Assembly: GCF_011745625.1 (NCBI RefSeq) | Contig: NW_027191454.1 | Coordinates: 868,001-932,000 of the forward strand | DNA: 64,000 bases | Reading direction: 5' to 3' | From: Cladosporium halotolerans | Lineage: Eukaryota | Shown: positions 22,376 to 34,062 of the stretch, piece after piece | How positions within the stretch are numbered: position 1 is the stretch's first letter | How the letters are laid out: each line of letters starts with the position of its first letter | Notes under the pieces: model-generated | What the model saw: only the letters and a program-made list of their open reading frames with translations | What the model was told of the DNA's origin: nothing | The model's database searches: none | Translations under genes and position numbers: made by a program

Positions 22376-24713
22376 ATGGCCACAAGCTTGGAAGCTGGTG
22401 AAAGCCCTTCGGGCGACAACCGCGTGGTCCGCACCAAGATCTCTCAGGCATGTGACACATGCCGACGCAGAAAGTATATCGCCTCCACGTGGAAGAACCC
22501 TGACCTTCCTTGCCCATTCTAACCCTGTCGTAGGTCCCGATGCGACGGGAAAAAGCCGACCTGTACGCATTGCACCAATGCGAAACTAGAGTGCATCTAC
22601 CGGATGCCGGCAAGCGGTACCGAGAAGTAAGCCCAGTCTGCCTTCCGTGTCAGAGATATACATGTGTGCACCGTCCAAGAAGTAGCATCTCACCGTACAA
22701 TTCCAGACACTGATCATAATGCATCTTTTTGTGTCTGATTGTGCTATGCTACCTCGCTCAAAAAATGCAACAAACAATTGCAGACAGCTGAGCTGACACG
22801 CCGCAGTGATCCAGCACTCGCAAATCGACTCAATGCTGTCGAGTTCCGCCTCGCAGCTCTCGAACAACAAAAGCAGTCTCCTTCAGGTACCATGACGAGA
22901 CACGCGAGTATCGCCTACGGGGATGAGGATGGTGCCTTCAAACGCGTACCTATGCCGTCGTTCCAAACCTCGGCTGCGCACAAACTTTACCAATATTGGC
23001 CGCGACTACGCATCAATCTTTCCCTAGACGGCTTTGATCCATTACAGTTTCAAAGGCAATGTGACGAAGCCGACCACAGCCTCGAACATAACCTCGCTGA
23101 GGCTGCAGATGCCACTGTTCGGCCGCGCATTATTGCCGAATATGTCCAACGCCTATACCATCAGACTAACCTGGTGCCTCAAACGATCATATACCTACTG
23201 CAGATGACGCCAACTTATTCTCAGGCTGCGGCGATGCAACAGATTCCCGCCCTCAAGCCTGGTGACGAGATGCGCTATGTCAAATTAGGCGATCTGCCCC
23301 TGACCTTGCTACTCCTGCTCTCGGTGGCCTTTCACTACCTCAGCCCTGACCCTAGCAGCGACTACGGAACGACCGCCAGCTCGTGGAAATGTTTTCAGAT
23401 TGCTCTTACGCGACTGTGGACCGTTCATTCGCAAGCCGAAGACTATATGCTCAATACGAAATTGATGGTGGCAGTACAGCTGCAGATCATGTACGGCCGG
23501 CCATTCCATGCTATCGGCTTACTCCGCCAGGTCGGTTTGAGTCTTTCGTCTCCTTGGACGCGGTCGAGGTAAGCTCAGGGCTATTCAACTCGTACTCAGC
23601 AGTCGCTGATTTCTGCAGACTTTCCCTTGGACCCGCCTCCTTTATTGCAAAAATGCGTATGTGGACATCAACATTTGCATCATATGAGCTCTGCTAACAA
23701 CGCCCTTGATTACAGATTTCCTCATGGAGAGGTAAGCAAGCACAAAATTAGGATCTCGACGCGTTTATTGTACTCACACATGACCCAAACAGCGATTTAC
23801 TCTCCGAGATTGACGGACAGCCGACAGCAGACCCGAGTCAGTTGTTCTTCGACACCAGTGGCAACGTCAATGGCAGTCAGACACAGTTCCCGCTATACAG
23901 CGCCGCTCCAGAGCAGCAAGCACCACTATTTCTTGACCAAACACTTTGGTTGCGACTCTGTCTGAACAGGATTCTGACAAGCATCTACATGATCACAAAT
24001 TCCTACAGTAACCCACGACTGATCGGGAGGCCGATATCTGATTTTACCTCGGAGCTGGAGTTTTGGTACCGGAGCTTGCCAATAGAGCTGCAATTTCCAC
24101 GTACCCTAGCAGCATACGGCTTGTTGACCCACATTATCCCGTCTTATAAGGTGAGTGAGAAACGTCTTGTGCAAAAGTGTTGACGCTGATCACGTCTCAG
24201 GTCAACCTGGCAATTCGGTATTATTTCTGCCACTTCATGTTGAACCGCCCCGTCTGCTATTTCCTCCTTCACAAGGAGATCGAGCGCTGCGCCACGCCAC
24301 CGAAGACACCAGACGACTCTCTCCAAGACCTTTCAGATCTCGAGACGTGGGTCTTTGAAAGCAGCCGGAATTGCCTACACAACGCTCTCCTCATCGTCGC
24401 CTGCTTGCGCTCCCACCCACAGCTCATCGGATGGTACCAAGCGCAGTACCTCATCGCGTGTTACGCCGTGGTGCTTCAAATGAAAGTGCAGCAGCCAACG
24501 GCTTTCGGCGACAGCGAGGACGCAGATTACACCCTCGACTCGATCGAGTCGCTGCTCGAAGGCATGAAGGTGCAGACGACCCAGAGCAGGTGGACGATCG
24601 ACATGCTGAAGTGCGTGAGGGGGAATCTGCAGGCGGCGAGCCCGCTCTCCACCCTGAGGCCTACGCCTGGGTCGGCGTTCGGCATTCAGACGCCCAATAC
24701 CTTGTCATCATGA
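22376..24713 (+). CDS. Zn(II)2Cys6 fungal transcription factor, about 7 exons (start codon tentative)
   Basis: Spliced RTKISQACDTCRRRK|SRCDGKKPTCTHCTNAKLECIY (introns 22474-22533 and 22627-22806); downstream exons FLMESDLLSEI, ELEFWYRSLP and RYYFCHFMLNRP fit the fungal TF middle-homology region. Confidence 0.88.
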
Positions 24714-25102
24714 ACACGAGATTGAAGATATTGATATTTCGGGTTGGTTGTTTGCATTTGCAGGTTTTCTTCGGTTCGGAGGGAAGATCGGGAGAATGTT
24801 CTTTGCATATATTGCTGTCGTGATGAAAAGCATACATATCTTTGCTAGGTGTCGGTAGATTGAGGTCCGAGCAATCCATGGATCCTGTCTGCCGACTTGT
24901 AAACCTCATGCTGTTCCTACCACATTTTCTCGTCATCCAGACAAGTCTCAACATGATGGTGACCAGCGCGCTGCATATCGTGAGAAACAAAGAAAAAAGG
25001 GAAAAAGGCAGCAGCGGTTACTGGATCTTGCAAACAGTGGCTACAAACCATACCTTAATCACTCGTCCTCGCTCTTCGATAAATGTTGTGCTCTGACAGA
25101 GC

Positions 25103-26125
25103 TCACTGTTTCTTCGCCTCTTCAGCAGCATCCTTCTCCTCCTTCATCATGATTTGTTTCGAGATGGTCCGAACGAAATTTTCTCCAACCCATTCGGGCA
25201 TTAGGCTCATGGTCCAAAAGAGGAGTTCGTGGCCCCAATGAGAGACAACAACTTTCTTCCCGGCCCCAGCATAACCCAGGGCTGACCGTGCGAAGGTCCG
25301 GACGTCAGGGACTGTCGTGCTAGTGTCAACCTTCATTCTGCTCGTTGCCACCTGCCCAACCACGACAGCTTGGCAGTCGATGTCGTGTCCCTGGTCCTTA
25401 AGCTCGACCGCGAGAGAGCGAGACCACGCCTTGTTGTACGCTTTCGCGCCGCTGTAGACGGCGAGGAACGGCGACGAGATCTCGCTCGCGCCGCTGCCGA
25501 TGTTGACGATCAGAGCGGGCTGGTTCGCGACCAGCTGCGGCAGCATCTGCCGCGTGAAGTGCGTTGGGAAGCGCAGGTTGACGTCTATCCAGCCGTCGAT
25601 GAGCTCCGGCGTGAAAGTGTTGAAGCGCTGTAGAGTGGGCTTGGCTCCGGCGCCGCCGCCGACGTTGTTGATGAGCACTTTGACGTTGAGCGATTTGAGC
25701 TCCGCCACGGCCGCTTCGATCTTCGCGCTGTCGCCGGCGTCCTGGACGGCGTCCAGAATGACGATCTTGAACTTCCGCGCGGGCCACTGGGCCTGCAGCA
25801 CATCTCGCACGCCTTGCAGCTTTTGCTCGTTGCGGCCGTGCAGGATGATGTTGAAGCCTTGCTCCGCGAGCTCTTCAGCGAAACCGAGACCGATGCCATC
25901 AGAGGATCCGGTCACGACTGCCCATGGCTCGCCGCCGTTACCGCCTTTCTTGTACTTATTCAGGGTCTTTGGGCGCAAGAAATGGTACCAAGTGAAGCTG
26001 GTGAGGGAAGACAGTTGGTAAGCAGCCCATAGACCACCAACGGCAGCTAGCGGCTTCAAGTATTGAGGAGGGATGTTAGCCACCTTTTGTAGGTCTGAGA
26101 GTGTCAGTGATTGAAGCTTCTCCAT
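25103..26125 (-). CDS. Short-chain dehydrogenase, 17beta-HSD / very-long-chain 3-oxoacyl-CoA reductase-like
   Basis: WAVVTGSSDGIGLGFA, VLINNVG, NIGS and YSGAK (YxxxK) motifs; N-terminal hydrophobic anchor. Confidence 0.88.
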   Translation of the reverse strand: MEKLQSLTLSDLQKVANIPPQYLKPLAAVGGLWAAYQLSSLTSFTWYHFLRPKTLNKYKKGGNGGEPWAVVTGSSDGIGLGFAEELAEQGFNIILHGRNEQKLQGVRDVLQAQWPARKFKIVILDAVQDAGDSAKIEAAVAELKSLNVKVLINNVGGGAGAKPTLQRFNTFTPELIDGWIDVNLRFPTHFTRQMLPQLVANQPALIVNIGSGASEISSPFLAVYSGAKAYNKAWSRSLAVELKDQGHDIDCQAVVVGQVATSRMKVDTSTTVPDVRTFARSALGYAGAGKKVVVSHWGHELLFWTMSLMPEWVGENFVRTISKQIMMKEEKDAAEEAKKQ

Positions 26126-27021
26126 ATTCGAAGATCTGTAGGGTGCGCCACTTTGAAGGGCAATGGAAGGCAACGAAAGCGACGAGGCTCCACACTGATA
26201 TTTCAGCAGCTCAGCAGCAAGAGGCTTACTTGTCACTCCCGGGGGAAGCACCTCGCTGACATATCAACAAAGTACTAAGGATCAGAAGGAACGGTGAAAC
26301 GGCTATGCCTGGAGCTTATTGGCTCTTGAAGGCCGGAACGGAATGCCAAACCTTGCTTCTCCGTCCTCAGCTGAATGATTGCCAAGCTGAAGGATCAAAC
26401 TGTCACGGAGTTAGCGAGCTGCATCTTGTCAGATTCGATAGCTTTGCATATTGTGCACGTGGTTTTGCTGGGCGGAGTTGCGAATCCGAAGCTGCGGGTC
26501 TTGCGAGTCCGAGGTCGCGAGTCTCGATTGGCGGAGATGGCAAACGATCGAGACTGATGGCGGAAGTTATGGATCATTTTGTGCGCCCAAGTCTGGATGA
26601 CAGCGTTCTTGCTGCATCCCGACAATGACGATTGAGCGTAGTGTCTATTGATATGGATAAATAATAAATCTCCAGCAAAGCGATGTACAGATTCCATACG
26701 TTGTTATATGCTGCAGGCAATTTCAGTCCTGGAGCGTGCGCCCTCATCAGCAGTGGCTGAAAAGACTCGGCGCTATGATCATTGTCAAATGCGTTCCAAA
26801 TACATCGCCCATTATGGTAGGTGCTGTCATTGAGGTCTTTTGATCTACAATGTGGCATTGAATTGGAGTCCACGTAGAGGTAGACTCAGGCGCTTGAAAC
26901 ATCAAGACATCAGCCCTGCCCTCATTCGCCAAATTGCGTTCTTCCAAGTCAGATGCGAAAGACCTGGCATGGAGGCTGTAAGCTCGATTTATCTCTGCTT
27001 GCCGATGAAGAGACTCGAACT

Positions 27022-28059
27022 TCAAGTCGAGGACTTCTGGCGGCTTGGCCACATCCACTCCTTGAACGATTCATAGCTCGCTCCAGTAATTTCTTTAACC
27101 TGAGTCTCAGCCCTCTGCAGCTTGGTGCTAGGCTCGAACTTCGCTTTAGCCTTGACGCAGATGCGCGCATCAAGCGTTTCAATCGTTGCCTCGTACTCAT
27201 GTCCACCACTGGGTTCTGATGGAACAATGTGCTTAGGGTCTTCCTCAAGCGGGACTGACGGAGAGATGCGGATGACGTAGAATCCATTTGCGTAGGTTGG
27301 CTTGACATAGCTTAAGCTGAGTTGCGCCGGCTCGTCCATGGGGTCGGGGGGGAGCGGCATCTTTGCGTGATCTCCCGTTCCGGGTAGACGTTGAGGAATC
27401 GCTGCCGCAGTTACAGATGCCGGAGTTTCAGCAAGAGTTTCAGCGAGTGCGAACTTCTCTGCTAATTGTGTCGCGATCACGCCGCCATGTGTGACGCCTG
27501 GCCAGCCGGAGAGAGATCCACCAAACCACACAATTGCGATCAGCTTGTGATCTCCTCGATCCCAGAAAAGACGCTCAACTCCAAGGCCTTTTGCTCCCTG
27601 AAGTCCGGCAACAAATCCCTTCTTTTGCCCAGCTTCCGGAACGCTCTCGTCGATTGGTCGCGGTACCACCTCAACCCAGCCACCCTGTTCTCCACGCAAC
27701 TGTTTCGTCACACCCAAGCATTTCCCTCTGAGAACTTTGACCTTAAATTCGTCGTCGATCCTCTTGTTGAGATCAGTCATGAGAATGCCGTCTTCATGGG
27801 ACCCATATTCGGGCATCGGAGGTGGAGCAATCGAATGGAATATGAAACTTCCTAGTAGACCTCCACCCAGAGCAGCACTAGTAATCCACGCTGTGCGGCG
27901 ATGTCTTCTGAAAAAGGTTTTCGGCGGAGGCGAAGAAGGAGGTGTCGCTGATGATCGAGTCGCATTGGCGGTAGTCGATTCGCTTCGGCGAAGGTGCTGG
28001 TAGCGGAGAGACAGTTGCGGGCGCACTGCCTGAGACCGGATGACACGAGTGGCACTCAT
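27022..28059 (-). CDS. Mitochondrial hot-dog-fold thioesterase family protein (FMP10-like)
   Basis: Arg/Ser-rich presequence, one TM segment, GGSLSGWPGVTHGGVIAT thioesterase motif, LSLSYVKPT. Confidence 0.8.
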   Translation of the reverse strand: MSATRVIRSQAVRPQLSLRYQHLRRSESTTANATRSSATPPSSPPPKTFFRRHRRTAWITSAALGGGLLGSFIFHSIAPPPMPEYGSHEDGILMTDLNKRIDDEFKVKVLRGKCLGVTKQLRGEQGGWVEVVPRPIDESVPEAGQKKGFVAGLQGAKGLGVERLFWDRGDHKLIAIVWFGGSLSGWPGVTHGGVIATQLAEKFALAETLAETPASVTAAAIPQRLPGTGDHAKMPLPPDPMDEPAQLSLSYVKPTYANGFYVIRISPSVPLEEDPKHIVPSEPSGGHEYEATIETLDARICVKAKAKFEPSTKLQRAETQVKEITGASYESFKEWMWPSRQKSST

Positions 28060-28257
28060 AGCGAGCGACAGTCTGTGTATTCGTTTTAATATTGTAGGGC
28101 TTAGAAGATTATATGGAGACGTCTGTGTAGAGGATCGCAAGTGAAGACCGATGAAGCTCGAGCTCGGGTCTTGGCGCGCTAGAGCAAAGCTGCTGGGAGC
28201 ACAAATCTGCGACTGTTGATCCTCTTTCTTAACCACCACCGCTGATCGCACTTCAGT

Positions 28258-29981
28258 ATGGAGACACTCGACGGCACAGAGTGGGATGTCGTGATTGCTG
28301 GCACTGGTCTGCCGCAATCGCTGCTTGCACTGTAAGCCTCCAACTTCACACCCCGGCGTTCCATACGTCCAAAGCTAACTGACATAAGCCCACCTTAAAA
28401 GGTCACTATCTCGCTCGGGCAAGAGCGTCTTGCACCTTGATCGCAACGACTACTATGGAGGTAATGAGGCCGCTTTAAGTCTGTCGGAGGCAAGAGACTG
28501 GGCAACAAAGCACGCTGCAACAGGCGAGGAAGCCCACAATACGACCTTTAGTCATGCGACGATCCAAGAGAACGCTGTGGAAGAAGGAGGCATAAAGCTG
28601 TCCCAACCGCGCGCATATTCTCTTGCCCTAGCGCCGCATGTTATACACGCCCAGTCCAAACTTCTGGCTGCTTTAGTCTCGTCGAGGATGCACAACCAGC
28701 TTGAATTCCAAGCAGTCGGATCGTGGTTTCTTGCCGAGCCTCTCAGCGAGAACGACGGCAGCCGATCACACATCACCCGCGTGCCGAGTGGGCGTGAAGA
28801 CATCTTCAGAGACAACACGTTTGATCTTCGGGCTAAGCGATCTCTCATGAAGTTCTTGCGCTTTGTCCAAAACTACGAAGAGCAGCCACAAGCCTGGCAA
28901 AGCGACGCTGAAAGGCCCTTTCCCGACTTTCTCCAACAGAAATTCGGCCTTCCACCGTCATCACATGGAGCCCTACTGTCCTTGACCCTGCTCCCCAGTG
29001 CCGCAAATAGCACATCGACTGGTTCCGCATTGCCACTAATTGCGCGCCATCTGCGAAGCATTGGTGTTTTTGGGCCTGGCTTTGGTGCCGTCTTGCCTAA
29101 GTGGGGTGGACTTGCAGAAATCGCGCAAGTTGCTTGCCGAGCGGGCGCTGTTGGCGGTGGCGTGTATGTCTTGAAGAAAGGCATAGATTCTATTTCTTCC
29201 GCCTCGGAAGACCACATCAAGCTTGTGCTTTCCGATGGTGAGAAGATCACCACAAGATGGCTGGCTGGATGCTCGGACGACTTGCCGCCTATCGGGACAC
29301 GAGAAATCACTGGTCGCATGACGAGGAGCATATCTATTGTCACGCCTCCACTTGTCCAGCTGTTTCCACCAACATCCGAAGGCGGCGTCACACCAGCTGG
29401 CGCAGTTGTCATCGTGCCATCCTCGACGGCCGATGAGCCACCTGTGCAGATCGTTGCACATTCGCATGAATCAGGTGAATGCCCATCAACACAGAGTACG
29501 TTGTCCCCAAGGCCCCACGAACCCGATCCTATGATGATCATACGAAAAACTTATCTACATTGCCTGAATTACCTTGATTAAGAAATTTCAACACAACTGA
29601 TACGATCATTCATCACGCCATGGATTTACACCGAAACGATCATGAACTGTGGCTAATATGGCATCAGGTGTCTTGTATGGATCTGTCGCTCTTCCTTACG
29701 AGCAGGGCAAGACGCATCTTGCAGCTGCAGTCGAAGCAGTCCTCCAAGGCTATGAAGAGTCTTCCCACCATTCGCTTTGGTCTCTTTGTTATCACCAGAA
29801 CAATGTGCGAGAAGAACGGGGCCCTAGCACCAACACTATCGTTTTGGCCCATGCGCCTCTCGAATTAGGGTTGTCAGACTCAACCTTCGATGAGGTTAAG
29901 CTTGCTTGGCAGCAGATCACCGGAGAGACAGAAGGCTTCATGGTGTTTGAAGCCCGAGAAGGAATGGAAGACGATGACTGA
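28258..29981 (+). CDS. MRS6: Rab escort protein / Rab geranylgeranyltransferase component A; exons 28258-28331, 28402-29495, 29668-29981
   Basis: WDVVIAGTGLPQSLLAL|SLSRSGKSVLHLDRNDYYGG, RVPSGREDIF, KRSLMKFL, EIAQVACRAGAVGGGVYVL. Intron 1 uses an AAG acceptor. Confidence 0.92.
29525..29607 (+). ncRNA. Intronic box C/D snoRNA, probable snR62/U34 homolog (guide for the LSU rRNA U equivalent to yeast Um1888)
   Basis: C box ATGATGA 29531-29537, D' CTGA 29564-29567, C' TTGATTA 29574-29580, D CTGA 29597-29600, terminal GATC/GATC stem. The guide CTTATCTACATT upstream of D' is complementary to the conserved LSU sequence AAUGUAGAUAAG (recalled). Confidence 0.85.
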
Positions 29982-30554
29982 GCTAGTATCAGTTGGGGAG
30001 GTTAACGGTCAACGGATGCGTCTACGATACCACGATGCACAAATGCGCAGATATGAACATGAAATCGACTTCTTCAACATTGCACTCATCTCAAATTCTT
30101 TCGTAAATTCGACCACAATAACGATCGCAGTCAATTTTGCACAAGCAAAATGTTGTCCGGTATTTTGCGAGCAGACATTCGGATGTCTCCCAGCCATCAA
30201 GACATCGCCCGTTCGCGTTCTTGGCGTTCCAGTGCCGGCGTGAAGGTGGGGAAGCCGAAGCACTGCTTGTTTCCTCCCACTCCACCACTTTGGCTTGGAC
30301 TGAACCACCAACCACCCAATGCCAAGATGATTTCCTGCAACCTGTTAGACATCGCGGGATATACTATGGCGGTGGATGGCGATGGATGGGCTCGTTGTGA
30401 GACAAGCCATCGGAGTGCCGCCGAGGTAAGTATCGCATTTCCTTGTCATGTCGACCTCCCCCCAATGCCAGCGCCCTCCTCTCTTTAGACCGCCTTGACC
30501 CCTTGGCGCCGATTCTTCCTTTCTCTTGGACGAAGGTATTGTGAGTCAAATAGC

Positions 30555-31472
30555 ATGGCAGTCACTCCTCCGAGCAGCCAACCGCAACAAAAGCCACGCT
30601 CAGGCTCTCAATCGCGCTTCGTCCGAGCGATCACCAATCCAAACGAACTCATCTCCGAACTCCTCCCACTACCAAAACCGCGTGACCCCAATGCAAAGCG
30701 CTTAGAGGACTCGAAACTTGCGCGTGCTATCGGCTGCGGCAATGTCGACTACGGTATCGGAGGCTCGCCGGATTTCACTACTGAACTGCCTCCGAGCGAT
30801 GAGCCACTCGCAGACGTCTTGATCGACCCGGACATTGAGAATAAGCTTCCACGAGGCTGGGGTATTCGATCGCTGCGCAGGGAGGATATCGACAACGGTT
30901 ACACATATCTCAAGCACGTCGGCGTCATTTCTCCGGAAAGATGGGATGAACGTTGCGAATATTTGCGCAGCAGGAGAGACACGTACGTGGTGCTCGTGAT
31001 TACGAATTCGGAGAACTATGTCGTGTGTTCAGGGACGCTCGTCATCGAGAGGAAGTTCACGCATGACATGTGTATGGTGGGGCACGTTGAAGACCTCCTG
31101 ATTGGAGATGGGCAGGGCGGGAAGAACCTGGGTGGCAGAATGCTGGAGGCTTTGGACCACGTTGCCAGGGATTTAGGCTGCTACAAGACTATGGTGGGCA
31201 CGAATGAGAACAATGAATCATTTCATGAAGAGAGAGGTGAGATTTGACTTCAAACAACTGCATTATACGCCGGATATTGATATTTGACAGGCTTCAAACG
31301 CGCTGGCTTCGAGATGACCCACCATCATTTCGTGCCGCGCAAAACGGTTCGTCCACGAGACTCAAGCCGGGACCCCAGTCCAGACCATGTCCATGTTCAT
31401 GATGAGCATGCAGATGTCGACGTGAAGCAGATGCAGGAATCTGTGACTCCTGTTGAGTCTATTGAATCCTGA
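30555..31472 (+). CDS. GNAT acetyltransferase, glucosamine-6-phosphate N-acetyltransferase (GNA1)-like paralog; intron 31237-31290; may start upstream near 30327 via a further intron
   Basis: IRSLRREDIDNGY, GTLVIERKFTH, GHVEDL, QGGKNLG, GCYKT and GFKRAGFEM motifs. Confidence 0.8.
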
Positions 31473-31823
31473 GTTGCGCTTTAGCTTTTAGTCAGCTTCT
31501 TAGAGATGCATTAATGAAAACATGTTTTGCGGACCTAGCCAACGTGCCACGTGGTCAAGTACTATCTCGTTTTGCCAGTAAACTCCTATCAAAGTCTATC
31601 GCATTGCAGTGAAATTATGACTCCCTCTGCGCACGGTGGTGGCGTGGTCGGAGTTACGATCTAATAAGAGGCAAGGCCGGAGTTAGATGATGAATTGAGG
31701 GCTCGTAAAACCGATGACATCAAAGCTTCGCTGCTGACTGTACATTGCCTGGTATTATATGATGGCTTGGAGGTCTGGGTCATTCTATTCTCTTCGCAAT
31801 AACAATCCATCAAGAAACAAAAC

Positions 31824-32594
31824 ATGGCACGCATCTTCATTACTGGCAGCTCCGATGGCCTCGGCCAAGCCGCAGCAAAGATCCTCAGCGAACAGGGCCA
31901 CAACGTCTTTCTGCACGCACGCAACAGCCAGCGCGCCTCGCAAGCACAAGCCGCCATCCCGAAGGCTCAAGGTGTCATCATTGGCGATTTGTCTACAGTC
32001 GCTGATCTCAAGAAGCTCGCTGCAGACGCCAACAAGGCCGGCCCCTTCGACGCGATCGTCCACAATGCGGGCCTAGGACTATCGACTAATGGCGAGAAGA
32101 CTGCGGACGGCGTTGCCCAGATCTTCGCCGTCAACTCCATGGCTCCTTTCGTCTTGACTGCGCTCATGGACAAGCCCAGGCGGCTGCTCTACGTCAGCTC
32201 CGGCCTGCACCAGGGTGGCGACGCCAGCCTCGAGGACGTCGGGTGGAACAACAGGCAGTTCGTCCCGTCACAAGCTTACAACGACACGAAGATGCACAAT
32301 GTACTGCTGGCAAAGGCAGTGGCTAAGCGCTGGCCTGATGTGCAGAGCAGCGCCTTGGATCCGGGTTGGGTCAAGACGAAGCTTGGAGGCTCCTCCGCGC
32401 CTGGCAGCCTCGATCCGCCGGCAAAGATGATCGCAGCATATGCTGCCGGGAACTCTGTGGCAGGTGACAAATCTGGTATTTACCTAAACCCCGGTGGCGT
32501 TGGTAGCCCACACGATGCCACTGAGAAGGCTGAGAAGCAGGATCGATTGTTGAAGATATACGAAGAGATCTCAGGTGTTTCACTCCCGGCTTGA
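31824..32594 (+). CDS. Short-chain dehydrogenase/reductase, intronless (256 aa)
   Basis: FITGSSDGLG, IVHNAG, YVSSGLH, YNDTK (YxxxK) and DPGWVKTKLGG motifs. Confidence 0.93.
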   Translation: MARIFITGSSDGLGQAAAKILSEQGHNVFLHARNSQRASQAQAAIPKAQGVIIGDLSTVADLKKLAADANKAGPFDAIVHNAGLGLSTNGEKTADGVAQIFAVNSMAPFVLTALMDKPRRLLYVSSGLHQGGDASLEDVGWNNRQFVPSQAYNDTKMHNVLLAKAVAKRWPDVQSSALDPGWVKTKLGGSSAPGSLDPPAKMIAAYAAGNSVAGDKSGIYLNPGGVGSPHDATEKAEKQDRLLKIYEEISGVSLPA

Positions 32595-33069
32595 AAGGCA
32601 AGAGATTGACAAAGTGTGTGCGGATGTAGCAAACCCGGCGAAGAAAATCCAAACACCTATTAGATCTTTCCGAGTGTCCATTCTACGTGAGTTATGTGCT
32701 GTTAAATGCGGGTGTTTCGTAATGCAACTCGGCATGACTTGAAGTGCTATAAATTGCATCGTGCCGGAATTCGGATCAGGCACGGCTTTCTGAAAGCTTT
32801 CTTTAGAAACCACAAATACGCAAAATTACCTGACATAATGCAGTTCAGTGTATGTAAAATTAGAGACAATACTGCCTTTGAGAGTCAAGCGTAGGATGTC
32901 TTCGGGCCTGTTTGCAAGTGCATCCTTCGGGCCAACGCCAAGACTTCGTCGACCAACGACAGGTTCAAACGCTGCACACGAGCCTCATTTCACAGGAAAC
33001 CCAACGCAAGAATTGTCAAATTCCTCCTACCTACGTGAGGACTTGCACGAACCAGGATCAAGCTCAATA

Positions 33070-34062
33070 ATGGTGCCCAAATGCGCTTGCTCGAATCGGG
33101 CTGAGGATATCTTCAGTCCGACATGCAAGGCCAACTCCCTCATCGATGCTTTCTTCAATGTCAAGCTCGTCTCTATCATCGATACCGTCTTCTCTCCTTA
33201 TCTCGTCGCCCTCTTCCTCCTGTTATGGGGAGTCACACTATGGCGTTTACGCACCGCGTGGACCGGGAGGCCAAATTCGAAACATCATCTCTGCGCATTG
33301 GAAGTTGGAGTCCTTGCATATCTCGGATGGACAAGTCGCTGGGTGTCAGCTTGGGGATTTGCTGTGTTCGTTTTCACCTGGTCCATGCTTCCTGAAACTA
33401 AGTCCCTTGACGGGACGAATCCTTTGCCAACATTCGAAGCGTTTCTTAAGCAATTGCGCAAGTCAAGGCCTACTGCCGGGAACCCTACAATCACCGAAGC
33501 CGACGGAGATGATGAAGGAGCTTCTCACCGGACAGAAGACACACATCCGGATTGCATTGTCTGTTGGTCTTCTGATGAAGCTCCCAAAGAACTGCCGTGC
33601 AAGCACCTGCTCTGCATAAGTTGTCTGACTAGCATCAAAGAAAGACATCAGCACCAATGTCCACTCTGCCGAACGCCACTCTTCTCATCCAATGAGGGAG
33701 CATTGAGCCTCGCATACAAGCTCTTGGCATCGACCTACATGACCAATGAAAGCTTGAGGGTCTTGTTGCTTGCCCTGTATATCTACAAGGGAAAGGCACT
33801 GAGCTGGAACACAGCAACTGAGGTCGGATGTTTTTTCGCTTCATCAGGCATGTTATTGCAAGGGACCGTGATGATCCAGAACTTCGGGGGCGACTGGTGG
33901 AAACAACCCGCATTTGACTACTCTGTGCGTCTCGGCAAGCGTGGCTCACGTGAGTTGTGGCGGCCTGTGACCTGGCTCTGCGTTTTGATGTTTACGTGCT
34001 ACAGCATGTACTCGAGGCTGGGCGAGACGGACGTGGAAGTTATGAGCATCAAATTACGCTAA
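33070..34062 (+). CDS. Membrane-associated RING-finger protein (putative E3 ligase)
   Basis: CIVCWS...LPCKHLLCISC...CPLCR (C3HC4) flanked by hydrophobic segments; start at ATAATGG is tentative. Confidence 0.8.
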   Translation: MVPKCACSNRAEDIFSPTCKANSLIDAFFNVKLVSIIDTVFSPYLVALFLLLWGVTLWRLRTAWTGRPNSKHHLCALEVGVLAYLGWTSRWVSAWGFAVFVFTWSMLPETKSLDGTNPLPTFEAFLKQLRKSRPTAGNPTITEADGDDEGASHRTEDTHPDCIVCWSSDEAPKELPCKHLLCISCLTSIKERHQHQCPLCRTPLFSSNEGALSLAYKLLASTYMTNESLRVLLLALYIYKGKALSWNTATEVGCFFASSGMLLQGTVMIQNFGGDWWKQPAFDYSVRLGKRGSRELWRPVTWLCVLMFTCYSMYSRLGETDVEVMSIKLR

